From Mobula hypostoma (Eukaryota), in the NCBI RefSeq assembly GCF_963921235.1, contig NC_086110.1, positions 13,144,001-13,208,000 on the forward strand: a DNA stretch of 64,000 nucleotides, written 5' to 3'. The position numbers and the translations under genes were made by a program. Below are positions 12,801 to 25,445 of the stretch, piece by piece; the stretch's first letter is position 1, and each line of letters starts with the position of its first letter. The notes below the pieces were generated by a model, which was given only the letters and a program-made list of their open reading frames with translations, did not search any database and was not told the DNA's origin.

Positions 12801-15800
12801 CCTCGAGTCCCCAGTCTGCCTCCAGGCTCAGTCCTCGAGACCCCAGCCTGTCTCCAGGCTCACGCCTCGAGACCCCAGCCTGCCTCCAGGCTCAGTCCTC
12901 GAGACCCCAGCCTGCCTCCAGGCTCAAGCCTCGAGACCCCAGCCTGCCTGCAGGCTCAAGCCTCGAGACCCCAGCCTGCCTGCAGGCTCAAGCCTCGAGA
13001 CCCCAGCCTGCCTGCAGGCTCAAGCCTCGAGACCCCAGCCTGCCTCCAGGCTCAAGCCTCGAGACCCCAGCCTGCCTGCAGGCTCAAGCCTCGAGACCCC
13101 AGCCTGCCTGCAGGCTCAAGCCTCGAGACCCCAGCCTGCCTCCAGGCTCAAGCCTCGAGACCCCAGCCTGCCTGCAGGCTCAAGCCTCGAGACCACAGCC
13201 TGCCTCCAGGCTCAAGCCTCGGACCCCAGCCTGCCTCCGGCTCAGCCTGCCAGGCTCAAGCCTCGAGCCTCACCCCAGCAGCCTGCCTCAGCTAGCCTCG
13301 AGCCCCAGCCTGCCTCAGGCTCAGGCCTCGAGACCCCAGCCTGCCTCCAGCTCAAGCCTCGAGACCCCAGCCTGCCTCCAGGCTCAAGCCTCGAGACCCC
13401 AGCCTGCCTCCAGGCTCAGGCCTCGAGCCCCAGCCTGCCTCCAGGCTCAGGCCCCCGAGACCCCAGCCTCCCTCCAGGCTCAAGCCTCGAGAGTCCTCAG
13501 AGACTCGAACCCAGCCTGCCTGCAGGCTCAAGCCTCGAGACCCCAGCCTGCCTGCAGGCTCAAGCCTCGAGACCCCAGCCTGCCTCCAGGCTCAAGCCTC
13601 GAGACCCCAGCCTGCCTGCAGGCTCAAGCCTCGAGACCCCAGCCTGCCTCCAGGCTCAGGCCTCGAGACCCCAGCCTGCCTGCAGGCTCAAGCCTCGAGA
13701 CCCCAGCCTGCCTCCAGGCTCAGGCCTCGAGACCCCAGCCTGCCTCCAGGCTCAGGCCTCGAGACCCCAGCCTGCCTCCAGGCTCAAGCCTCGAGACCCC
13801 AGCCTGCCTCCAGGCTCAAGCCTCGAGACCCCAGCCTGCCTCCAGGCTCAAGCCTCGAGACCCCAGCCTGCCTCCAGGCTCAAGCCTCGAGACCCCAGCC
13901 TGCCTCCAGGCTCAAGCCTCGAGACCCCAGCCTGCCTCCAGGCTCACGCCTCGAGACCCCAGCCTGCCTGCAGGCTCAAGCCTCGAGACCACAGCCTGCC
14001 TCCAGGCTCAAGCCTCGAGCCCCAGCCTGCCTCCAGGCTCAAGCCTCGAGTCCCCAGCCTGCCTCCAGGCTCAAGCCTCGAGACCCCAGCCTGCCTCCAG
14101 GCTCAGCCTCGAGACCCCAGCCTGCCTCCAGGCTCAAGCCTCGAGACCCCAGCCTGCCTCCAGGCTCAAGCCTCGAGACCCCAGCCTGCCTCCAGGCTCA
14201 AGCCTCGAGACCCCAGCCTGCCTCCAGGCTCAAGCCTCGAGACCCCAGCCTGCCTGCAGGCTCAAGCCTCGAGACCCCAGCCTGCCTGCAGGCTCAAGCC
14301 TCGAGACCCCAGCCTGCCTGCAGGCTCAAGCCTCGAGACCCCAGCCTGCCTGCAGGCTCAAGCCTCGAGACCCCAGCCTGCCTGCAGGCTCAAGCCTCGA
14401 GACCCCAGCCTGCCTGCAGGCTCAAGCCTCGAGACCCCAGCCTGCCTCCAGGCTCAAGCCTCGAGACCCCAGCCTGCCTGCAGGCTCAAGCCTCGAGACC
14501 CCAGCCTGCCTCCAGGCTCAAGCCTCGAGACCCCAGCCTGCCTCCAGGCTCAAGCCTCGAGACCCCAGCCTGCCTCCAGGCTCAAGCCTCGAGACCCCAG
14601 CCTGCCTCCAGGCTCAGGCCTCGAGACCCCAGCCTGCCTCCAGGCTCAGGCCTCGAGACCCCAGCCTGCCTCCAGGCTCAAGCCTCGAGACCCCAGCCTG
14701 CCTCCAGGCTCAAGCCTCGAGACCCCAGCCTGCCTGCAGGCTCAAGCCTCGAGACCCCAGCCTGCCACAAGGCTCAAGCCTCGAGACCCCAGCCTGCCTG
14801 CAGGCTCAAGCCTCGATACCCCAGCCTGCCTCTAGGCTCAGGCCTTGAGACCCCAGCCTGCCTGCAGGCTCAAGCCTCGAGTCCCCAGCCTGCCTCTAGG
14901 CTCAGGCCTCGAGACCCCAGCCTGCCTGCAGGCTCAAGCCTCGAGTCCCCAGCCTGCCTCCAGGCTCAGGCCTCGAGACCCCAGCCTGCCTCCAGGCTCA
15001 AGCCTCGAGACCCCAGCCTGCCTCCAGGCTCAAGCCTCGAGACCCCAGCCTGCCTCCAGGCTCAAGCCTCGAGACCCCAGCCTGCCTCCAGGCTCAAGCC
15101 TCGAGACCCCAGCCTGCCTCCAGGCTCAGCCTCGAGACCCCAGCCTGCCTCCAGGCTCAAGCCTCGAGACCCCAGCCTGCCTGCAGGCTCAAGCCTCGAG
15201 ACCCCAGCCTGCCTGCAGGCTCAAGCCTCGAGACCCCAGCCTGCCTGCAGGCTCAAGCCTCGAGACCCCAGCCTGCCTGCAGGCTCAAGCCTCGAGACCC
15301 CAGCCTGCCTGCAGGCTCAAGCCTCGAGACCCCAGCCTGCCTCCAGGCTCAAGCCTCGAGACCCCAGCCTGCCTCCAGGCTCAGGCCTCGAGACCCCAGC
15401 CTGCCTCCAGGCTCAAGCCTCGAGACCCCAGCCTGCCTCCAGGCTCAAGCCTCGAGACCCCAGCCTGCCTCCAGGCTCAAGCCTCGAGACCCCAGCCTGC
15501 CTCCAGGCTCAAGCCTCGAGACCCCAGCCTGCCTCCAGGCTCAAGCCTCGAGACCCCAGCCTGCCTCCAGGCTCAAGCCTCGAGACCCCAGCCTGCCTCC
15601 AGGCTCAAGCCTCGAGACCCCAGCCTGCCTCCAGGCTCAAGCCTCGAGACCCCAGCCTGCCTGCAGGCTCAAGCCTCGAGACCCCAGCCTGCCTCCAGGC
15701 TCAAGCCTCGAGACCCCAGCCTGCCTCCAGGCTCAAGCCTCGAGACCCCAGCCTGCCTCCAGGCTCAAGCCTCGAGACCCCAGCCTGCCTCCAGGCTCAG

Positions 15801-17574
15801 CCTCGAGACCCCAGCCTGCCTCCAGGCTCAAGCCTCGAGACCCCAGCCTGCCTGCAGGCTCAAGCCTCGAGACCCCAGCCTGCCTCCAGGCTCAAGCCTC
15901 GAGACCCCAGCCTGCCTGCAGGCTCAAGCCTCGAGACCCCAGCCTGCCTCAAGCCTCGAGACCCCAGCCTGCCTGCAGGCTCAAGCCTCGAGAGCCTGCC
16001 CCAGCCTGCCTCCAGGCTCAAGCCTCGAGACCCCAGCCTGCCTGCAGGCTCAAGCCTCGAGACCCCAGCCTGCCTCCAGGCTCAAGCCTCGAGACCCCAG
16101 CCTGCCTGCAGGCTCAAGCCTCGAGACCCCAGCCTGCCTCCAGGCTCAAGCCTCGAGACCCCAGCCTGCCTCCAGGCTCAAGCCTCGAGACCCCAGCCTG
16201 CCTCCAGGCTCAAGCCTCGAGACCCCAGCCTGCCTGCAGGCTCAAGCCTCGAGACCCCAGCCTGCCTGCAGGCTCAAGCCTCGAGACCCCAGCCTGCCTC
16301 CAGGCTAAGCCTCGAGACCCCAGCCTGCCTGCAGGCTCAAGCCTCGAGACCCCAGCCTGCCTCCAGGCTCAAGCCTCGAGACCCCAGCCTGCCTCCAGGC
16401 TCAAGCCTCGAGACCCAGCCGCCCAGGCTCAAGCCTCGAGACCCCAGCCTGCCTGCAGGCTCAAGCCTCGAGACCCCAGCCTGCCTGCAGGCTCAAGCCT
16501 CGAGACCCCAGCCTGCCTGCAGGCTCAAGCCTCGAGACCCCAGCCTGCCTGCAGGCTCAAGCCTCGAGACCCCAGCCTGCCTGCAGGCTCAAGCCTCGAG
16601 ACCCCAGCCTGCCTCCAGGCTCAAGCCTCGAGACCCCAGCCTGCCTCCAGGCTCAAGCCTCGAGACCCCAGCCTGCCTCCAGGCTCAGCCTCGAGACCCC
16701 AGCCTGCCTCCAGGCTCAAGCCTCGAGACCCCAGCCTGCCTCCAGGCTCAAGCCTCGAGACCCCAGCCTGCCTCCAGGCTCAAGCCTCGAGACCCCAGCC
16801 TGCCTCCAGGCTCAAGCCTCGAGACCCCAGCCTGCCTCCAGGCTCAAGCCTCGAGACCCCAGCCTGCCTCCAGGCTCAAGCCTCGAGACCCCAGCCTGCC
16901 TGCAGGCTCAAGCCTCGAGACCCCAGCCTGCCTGCAGGCTCAAGCCTCGAGACCCCAGCCTGCCTGCAGGCTCAAGCCTCGAGACCCCAGCCTGCCTGCA
17001 GGCTCAAGCCTCGAAACCCCAGCCTGCCTCCAGGCTCAAGCCTCGAGACCCCAGCCTGCCTCCAGGCTCAAGCCTCGAGACCCCAGCCTGCCTGCAGGCT
17101 CAAGCCTCGAGACCCCAGCCTGCCTCAAGGCTCAGGCCTCGAGACCCCAGCCTGCCTCCAGGCTCAAGCCTCGAGACCCCAGCCTGCCTCCAGGCTCAAG
17201 CCTCGAGACCCCAGCCTGCCTCTCAAGCCTCGAGACCCCAGCCTGCCTCCAGGCTCAAGCCTCGAGACCCCAGCCTGCCTGCAGGCTCAAGCCTCGAGAC
17301 CCCAGCCTGCCTCAAGGCTCAGGCCTCAAACCCCAGCCTCCAGTCCTTTAGTCATGTTATGTCCTTGCCTGGTTCTGGGACCCGAGCACAAGGCAAGACC
17401 CAGGTTCAGGGTCCTTGTCCAGTCTCTGGCTCGGGGTCCAGGCCCAACTCTGCGTTCTTGTCCCTGCTCCTTGTCTGTATTCTGTCACGTCACTACTCTA
17501 GTCAAGTCATGTTCCCTGTACTTCAGTGTCTGTGTCTTGAATTTGGGTCCGCTACCAGAGCCTCCATTGTGACA
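6854..17574 (+). mobile_element. Solo LTR-like insertion (about 1.05 kb of LTR sequence plus an internal 9.7-kb tandem array) with a 5-bp target-site duplication
   Basis: Starts TGTCATGG (6854) and ends TTGTGACA (17574). TCCAC lies immediately outside both ends (6849-6853 and 17575-17579). Removing the block rejoins the L1 ORF2 reading ...KQRYYESGSKSMKI..., matching 44900-44950 in the other L1 copy. Confidence 0.88.
7669..17340. repeat. 32-bp tandem repeat (satellite/large minisatellite), about 300 copies; consensus CCCCAGCCTGCCT(G/C)CAGGCTCAAGCCTCGAGA
   Basis: Directly visible. The period of 32 gives the 32-aa (96-bp) periodicity in all three + frames of the ORF track. Edge units are degenerate (7669-7860, 17310-17340). 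Confidence 0.98.
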
Positions 17575-18395
17575 TCCACTTTCATAGTATCTCTGTTTCA
17601 GAAACATTATTTTTATTCTAATGACTTGTGTAACCAAACTATTAACTTTATTCCTAATTTTTAAAATTTCCTGTGGTGTATCCTCTGCCAAACTCAATTC
17701 GTGTTTTTTACTAGTTCCATCAGCTTATTTTGTAATTCCTCTAATGTTTTATTTTTTTTTCTTAGATGAAGATAACGCTATAATTTTCCCTCTTAAGATA
17801 GCCTTTAGAATATCCCATAGAATGGGAGGTGAAACATCTCCATTATCATCGAATTCTAAGTAAAGACCGATCTCTTTTTTTAATTTGTTCCTTAAAATAT
17901 GAATCTTTGAGTTGACTTGAATTTAGTTTCCAAATAATATTCTTTGGTTGTAGGTCAAAATCAGCATACAAATATATAGGTGCATGGTCACTTACATCTA
18001 TTGTCCCAATTCCACAGGTGACTATTTTCACTCTATTTTTTCCAAACGTTATGAAATAGCCTGTTCTTTTATATACGGAATGGGGGGCAATGGGGGGAAT
18101 GGGGGGAATGAGTCTAATCCCTTCTGTCGGGAATAAGGTCCCTCCATATATCAATTAGACTAACATCCTCAAAAACAGTGTTAACTTTCTTATGTAAGGA
18201 TTTTGTGTCATAAGGTTTTAGATTGGAAGAGTCCAACTTTGGTTGAAATTGTAAATTTAAGTCTCCCCCACATATCACGAGGCCTTCTGTTTCTGTTACA
18301 ATAACATTAGTAATTTTCTGGAAGAAACTAATATCACTTCCTGGGGGTGCGAGTATATTCAATAAAATAACTGGATTTCCATCTATATTCCGATG
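17575..18395 (-). mobile_element. L1-clade ORF2 endonuclease region, continuation of the L1 interrupted by the 6854-17574 insertion
   Basis: Translations GNPVILLNILAPPGSDISFFQKI, LVICGGDLN, IDVSDHAPI, IWKLNSSQLKD. Homologous to 44130-44930. Confidence 0.88.
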
Positions 18396-18399
18396 GTAG

Positions 18400-20367
18400 T
18401 GACAGGTTTTGCACTGATTACAGAAAGGTGAATGCGAGAACAAAAACAGGTGGTTATTCCATCCGTAAAGTGGATGATTGTGTAGACAAGGTTGGAAAAA
18501 TGAGTTTCTTACAAAGATCGATCTGTTAAAAGGGTATTGATATTTTCTATTAACGGATAGAGGTAAAAACATTTCTGCATTTGTAACGCCTTCTGGGTTG
18601 TATAAATACAATGTTCTGCCATTTGGAATGAAAAATGTTCCGGGAAAGTGCCTATATTGATGATTTTGTCACAGGCAATGATACCTGGGAAGCCTATGTC
18701 TCTGCAGTGGAAAAGCTGTTTGACAGGCTCTCAAAGGCTAACCTTACAGTCAACGTAGCTAAGAGTGAATTTGGCCATGCCACTGTGACCTATCTTGCTT
18801 ATGTTGTAGGTCGAGACAGGTTGGCTCCCGTTCAGGCAAAAGTTCAGGCAATTTCTGAGGTTCCCATTCCAACCGGTAAAAAAAGTTATTAGAAGATTCC
18901 TGGGAATGGTCGGATATTATTGGAAGTTCTGTTAGAACCATGCTGATATTGCTCCCCCATTGATTAATCTCCTGAAGAAGGGTGAAAAGTTTGTTTGGAC
19001 AGAGCCTTGTCAGGAGGCATTTGATAAATTGAAAGCCATCTTCTGTCACCAAACTGGACTCTGGTCACCTGACATAGCCGTAGATGCCAGTGATGAAGCT
19101 ATAGGAGCAGTGTTACTGCAAAGGGATGATTATGATGATGTTGACCATCCTGTGGCTTACTTTTCAAAGAAATTCAATTAGCATCTAATAAATTATTCTA
19201 CCATCGAGAGGGAATTATTATCACTTATTTTAGCTTTGTAGCATTTTGATGTGTATGTTTGCCCAGCTCAGAGACCACGTGTGGTTTATACAGATCATAA
19301 TCCATTGGTGTTCTTGAGTAAGGTGAAAAACAAAAATAGACGGTTGTTGAATTGGAGTTTGATTTTGCAGGAGTATGACCTCCTGATAACTCACATTAAA
19401 GGCAAGGATAATATAAATGCCGATTGTCTTTCCAGATGTTAAGTTTGCGATGTACTTTTAATAGTGGAGTGGATTTACTATTTGTATACGCTTCTGTAAT
19501 ATGTTATATTAATCTGTAGTATGCTATATGGTAACCGTGAATGTGTTTCACATATTGTAGTTTCCCTTTTTGGCAGCAGGTATTACGTGCCCACGGTTTT
19601 CTTTTACTGTGGGTGTCACTTTAAAACGCCTAGATGAGGCGGGACTATGACGTTAGTACAACAAGCTGCGACAGACCGCTGGGACTTCCGGAAAGAAGGA
19701 AGGAGAGAGACAGAGAGAGAGTGGTAGCTTTGCACAGCAAGCTGCCCGCAGCCGCTTACTGCAACAATGGGTAAAGTCTGATACTTTCCCATGCTCAGAG
19801 GATTGGGTTGATCAGCGGCACACAGTACACATTGGATGTGTGACTGTCACTTCGAATGATCCATACGTGGAATTTGTTGGAGTACACTGTGGCGACCACG
19901 ATGTTAGCCCTTACCTGGTTTCGGGCATGTTATGTGGTAACCACTCGTGCCAGGGAATATTCCGTGACTGTCACCTTGTGATATTTCTACGTGGATTTCG
20001 GGACGACTTGAAGGATAAGATCTTCGGCGACTGTTACTTCGTTTTCCCGGCGTGGAACCTGTGGAATTCTTCGTGATTGCCTCCTCTCAACACTTTAATG
20101 TGGATATCAAAGTTTCTCCCTTCATTTATTCCGTGGATTACTGGACCTTTCTAGTTTACCATCTTAAGAATTTCAGAACTGTTCCCAAGCCTGACAGTTT
20201 GGGAGCCACACATGCAGATAACACTGTTAACTGCTGTTTATTTCGTTAATTTTCTATGTTTTTAGTAGATACTAATAAATATAGTGGTTCTAACATTAAA
20301 ACCTGACTCAATTTGTGTTCTAATGCTGCTGGTAGGTAACACATTCGCAGAGTTTCATGCAGCGACA
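18400..20367 (+). mobile_element. Gypsy (Gmr1-type) RT-RNase H fragment with 3' LTR (about 19581-20367)
   Basis: Fragments FCTDYRKVN, KIDLLKG, LPFGMKN, AYIDDF, DASDEAIGAVLLQ, YTDHNPL, IKGKDNINADCLSRC*. RNase H is the last domain before the LTR. LTR-like segment runs TATTACG...GCAGCGACA. No 5' half is present. Confidence 0.8.
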
Positions 20368-20960
20368 AACCACTTCTTTGACAATGTCGATAAAAACAGG
20401 AACTTTTAATAGCATTTCAACGAGGGCCGGTGGGGACCCATTACCCTAACTCCCACATGACACTATCGACTCAAATTTGTAAATATGTCACAGTTCCCGT
20501 ATTGACGTACAGTTACTGGAAGTCCGAGCCAACAGGATAGCCAAATGCTATCTTCTCAGTCGAACACGACGGAAGTATTAAATTTTGCCTCATGAGGTAC
20601 TAACTTTATTTGTTGTTATTTGACTTAAGTTACATACTGCATTACCATGAAACTTTACACTGAATTCAATACCCCTATTATCGGTTTCCCTGTGGGTTGG
20701 AGCACAATTCAGTGAGTGTTTATTAGATGCCAATATCACTTATTTGTTGTTTTCTTTTTATATTACCATCGAGCCACCGAATTATTTGGCCGGAAATAAA
20801 AAGAAGCTGCTCGATGAATGCAATGGGCCATACAATGTGTGTGAATTGTCAACGATTTGCGATCGAGACTCGGGATTAGAGTGTAGAGGCAAGATACTCA
20901 ATAAATACATGAGAGAAGGAGGTGCGTGACCGAAGCTGTCCGTTGATGGCGGGCCCAAAT

Positions 20961-23510
20961 GTAAGACACAGACACTGAAGGACAGGACTTGACTAGATTA
21001 GGGACGTGACAGGATACAGACAAGGAGCAGGGACAAGAACGCAGACTTGGGCAAGGACATGGACAAGACAGGGAACCCGGACAAGGAACTCTGTAATCCT
21101 AAATGGAGAAGGAATGAGCATATCTGGTGTATTGATCCGTGATGACCAAGACATTTGCAGTGTTACTGGAATCAGGCTCTATGGAGAGGAATTCCATATA
21201 CACGAAGTCAAATGGTCCAGTTCTTTGTAAATGAGATAGTGGCAACGTCTAATAGACGTCTATTAGGCAGCATCTTCCTCCGAATACATTGGATGCACGA
21301 CGTCAGGCTTCACTCGTGTCCAATAAAACCGATCTTCGACCAATCCGTAGTTCTTGTGAAATCCCAAATGACCTGAAGTGACTTCAGTACAATCTTCGGA
21401 TACTTTTTTCAGGGAACGCCGAAGTCTATCTGGGGGAGATGGAAAACTGCGTGAATCTTTGTTCCTCAACTCCAGTTTTTCATAATTCTTCATGGGTAGG
21501 GGTATGGCAGGGTATTTTGTCTTCAAAAATGGGTTCATAACCGCTCTGACAACAGATGACCAGATGGCACCTTTACAAGGATCGACTTCCTGAGCTGCTA
21601 CCAATTCCGAAGTACCCAAGTAGGCAGCGTCTTCGTATTTTGCGCGGTGAAGTTGCAATATGCTTGGGGAATGGCATGGCCCGAAGTTGGCAAATAATCA
21701 ACAGCTCTGTCAGGCTAACGTCTGTGCTCTGATTTCCCAGCTGTGGAAAACTAGCGTATTGCTTTAACACCAGAGGCAGGAACGTCCTCCCACTCTCAGT
21801 CTGTTGCCGGCACTTCAGGAGAACTTCGTGACAACGCACCCGCATCATTGCTCACTTCCAGGCCGATATGCAAGGGAAAAATCATAAGCAGACAACGCCG
21901 CCAACCAGCGATGACCTGTAGCATCCAATTTCGCCGAAGTGAGAATATAAATCATTGGATTATTGTTGGTCATCACCTAGGATTTGGCACCAGATAGTAA
22001 CTTAATTTACCCACCACTTCCCACTTCAATGTCAGAAACTCCAATTTGTGTGCAGGGTAGTTTCGTTCGTTTGGTGTCAGACAGCAGCTAACGAAACCGA
22101 AAGCCCGTTTATCTTGCTATGGAACACTGCCTAATCCATCACGGCTGGCGTCTGTGTGCAACAAATACGGTAACTGCTGCTTTGCAAAGGCAGGCAAGGG
22201 TGATTTAGTCAATAACTCTACAGTGGCTAAAATGCCTCTTCACACTTTGCATCCCATCTTTCCTCCAAAGGCTCCGAATAGCGAAGATAAACCTTGCCTT
22301 CTCTGCCTTTGTTCCATACCTTCTTCACTCAGGGAGGGTATCCACACAGAAGTTCATTCAGTTGATGGATTGCTCTGGAGTGGCCCTTCAGAAATCTCCG
22401 GTAGTACCCACAGAATCCAAGGAATGAACGTACGGCCCTCATATTCTTGGGCCTTGGCCATGTGGTTCCCGCCTGGACCTCCGACGAATCCGTAGCCGCT
22501 CCATCCGAGGCGACTATGTGAATGCCATTGTTAACTGTCATCTTAAGAACAGGAACTTGTCCAGTGAGAGTGTTTACCCTTCCGCTTTCAGGCGGTCTGA
22601 CACATAAATCGTCACGTCTCATGCTGCTCCAATGTTGATCCAAACAAGATGAGATTATGCAAGTAAACCAGTGCATCAAGCAGCATTCATGTCCCCGTGA
22701 CACGTTATAAAGTAGCCGATGCTCCTGATACCATTTTATCTTTCCACTGCACTCATGGGTATTTGAGAATGCCCGCTTGTTGGATCCAACACACTGAACT
22801 GTTTGGCTCCACTAAGGCAGACGAGAGTAACCTCGATCCGTGGAACAGGACGGCTGTTCAGTGTTTGATAATCAACACATATTCGTACTTTCCCATTCTT
22901 CCTCCTCACCGCCACCATAGACGACGCATATGGAAAGTTCGAATGTTCGGTCTGAGGGAACGGAAATTATGGAGAATGCTGTATCAATACTGCCCTATCC
23001 AAATTTATTGTTCGCCAGGAAATAACAGACCTTCCACCGGCATAAAATTAAAGTGGCAGCATATTTGCAGATATTTCAACATTGACGAACAGTTACTAGA
23101 AAGATAAAGAAAAGGGGCCCAATTACATTGAAACTAGACAAAACGTGAGCTGGAGCTCATTTCTGGATAGTCGGTACTCACAGCGCTAAACCCACGTCCC
23201 CAGCCACAGTTCGGACTTCCCTTGAAGACTTTTACAAACGAACTGGCAAACTCAGAAGCATTTCCACTTCCTCCCTGGACCCATTCGTTTCCTTGAGCGT
23301 TTTCCCTTGTGCTCCTCTGTGCACCTTCTTCCACTTCCCACATCTACCAGCAAACCGAAAAATAACCCATTGTCCCTCAGAAATCCGATCGCACCCAGCT
23401 CTCTCGAATGTTCCGAGGCATCCCACTAAGCCAAATCTGTCTGGATGACGCAACATTCCTAAACCAACCAAACGGCCCCTTATTTTAGCAGACACCAAAA
23501 CACTGCTCTA
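20961..23510 (-). mobile_element. Heavily degenerate Gypsy LTR retrotransposon of a second lineage (RT, then integrase)
   Basis: Minus ORF fragments VAVRRKNGKVRICVDYQTLN (RT), RAVRSFLGFCGYYRRF (RT/RH junction), GHLGFHKNYGLVEDRFYW (integrase zinc finger), in canonical Gypsy order. LTR-like piece at about 20961-21095. Confidence 0.75.
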
Positions 23511-23523
23511 TGAAGCTCATTTC

Positions 23524-23990
23524 TTTTTTCTTTCTTTTTTTTTTTAATTTTATTTTTATTTGGATAAGGAGTTCACAATTATCATGTACTTTTTTCACAC
23601 ATATAAACTTTTCCATTTTTTTATATGTATAAAACTACAATTATTTATACATTCTTAAGTACACATTGAGATGATATAAAAGCAAAATAAACATTTAAAT
23701 AGATAATTATGTACTGTGGTAAATCTAACCTATTAGGCTAAGTAATGAAATTAGTTGTTAAGAAAAATGGTAATAATAGTTTCCATACAACCCTTCTGGA
23801 CCATTTCCACTGGTCCAAAATGTTGTATACAAGCCTATATACCAACCATTGTAGGTGTTTATATCCCAATTTGTTCGTGCTTGTTCCTGCCCGCAGACAT
23901 AATTATCCAATCCCTATGTACTTATTTACTTAATTTTTTCTTTTTTTTTATCCCTTTCCCAATTTTTTCCCTTTACTTCAGAGAATACCT
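23524..23990 (-). mobile_element. Probable LINE 3' end with poly(A) tail
   Basis: T-rich run at 23522-23560 on + (A-tail on minus), followed by AT-rich 3'UTR-like sequence resembling the L1 3' end at 48920-49137. The family assignment is weak. Confidence 0.45.
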
Positions 23991-24984
23991 GCGCTTTGCA
24001 GAAAAGCTGATGAAATAAAATACCTAACAGCATGGAAGTTTGAATGCAATAGAGCATGTTCTTAACCAGGGCATTACACTACGCTGGTTTAAAATTTGTG
24101 TTACTATTTGCTTTGCACTTTTGTAAAAAAAAATGGAAACCAGGTTCTTTTCATCGTTTCGTCCATGTTCGATATTACTTTCAAGACTAGTTGCTTAATT
24201 TGTTCGACCTTTGAAACTACCATCCAAAAATTTTATGCCTTTATTCCTACAGCCCGAAACTCACCCCAACACCCCGACTATAGCTATTCAGAGCTATTCA
24301 TCACCCTGTCCCAATTCCGTGAAAAATCGGCGGGTAGGATATTCACTCAACTTCTAGACGCATCGTTTCATTAGAGCCAGCTATTAAGGGATTGGAAGCT
24401 GCAGAACAGTTGTATTGAAGCACAAGTCACACGCATCTAACTGAACGCGAAACATGATCGAGGTTAAACGATATCCTCGTGTTCTTCGGCCTTCTTTCAG
24501 ACAAGCACACCTGCCCGTATTTTAGCGATGTCGGTTATTTAGCAAGTTGTTTAAATACCTAGCTACCAATATTTATAACTGATGAATATCGCTTGCACTG
24601 CCAAGCTCTAGAAGAACTTTTAGGGAAAGGGGAAAATGCGTACGCAACATTTCAATAAATTCACGGAATATGTTGTCCTTCGATCTAAAACCTTCTGTGG
24701 CCCAAAGACGAACAAAGTCACTTCACTGATGTCAATTATGCGACGTATGAGTGGAATCTATACAAATGAGAAACACGGCTTGATCTATGTGCTGCTCCAC
24801 AGTATCGATACAATTGAAGCCAGCACAGTTGTGCAGATTCACTGCCACTGATTTTGCGTCAATACAAAATGAACCTCTGAAAGGGCAGAGATGTTGATGA
24901 AATGGCCAGTTTAAAGGAGATATAACGGCTACTGTCCATTCTAACAGGCGCGAAATCGTCCAGGTCCATTCCAAATAGTCCCGC

Positions 24985-25445
24985 GTTCCCCGCCTGTCAG
25001 AATACTTTCTGAATGAGCCTCACATGGGGAACCTTATCAAATGCCTTACTGAAATCAGTATCTACTACATCCACTGCTATACTTCATCAATGTGTTTTGT
25101 TACATCCTCAAAGGACTCAATCAAGCTCGAAAGGTACAATCTTCCCTTGACAAACCCATACTGACTATCCCTAATCAGATTATGCCTCTCTAAATTCTCT
25201 TAAATCTTGCTTTTCAGGATCTTCTCCAACAAATTTCCCACTACTGAATTAATACTCACTTGTCTATAAATTCCTGGGTTGTCTCTTCTCCCTTTCCTCA
25301 ACAAGGGAACAACATTTGCAATCCTCCAATTATCCAGGACGTCTCTTACCCCTATTGATGATGCAAGGATCATTATCAGAGGCTCAGCAATCTCGTCCCT
25401 TACTTCCCACGGTAACCTGGGCTATATCTCATCTCGTCCCGGTGT
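24985..25445 (-). mobile_element. CR1 LINE RT fragment
   Basis: Reverse complement contains typical CR1 RT DNA: ...GATTTCAGTAAGGCATTTGATAAGGTTCCCCATGTGAGGCTC... (DFSKAFDKVPH). Confidence 0.75.

Noticed and set aside
9092-16308. Very long + strand ORFs (up to 1322 aa) of LKPRDPSLPAGSSLETPACLQAQASRPQPACR repeats
   Set aside because: The 32-bp unit has no stop codon on the + strand, so all three frames are open and give the same peptide. Starts are chance point variants, and the array is inside an LTR. No evidence of a protein gene.
7669-17340. CRISPR-like appearance (about 32-bp palindromic repeat)
   Set aside because: Units are head-to-tail with no unique spacers, there are no cas genes, and the context is eukaryotic.
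20744-20929. 61-aa ORF with Cys and Tyr residues in a short non-TE gap
   Set aside because: No recognisable family, no convincing flanking splice pair and no partner exons; consistent with a chance ORF.
23990-24980. Possible coding or ancient TE sequence in a unique-looking stretch
   Set aside because: Manual translation gave stops in all frames and no motif I could assign.
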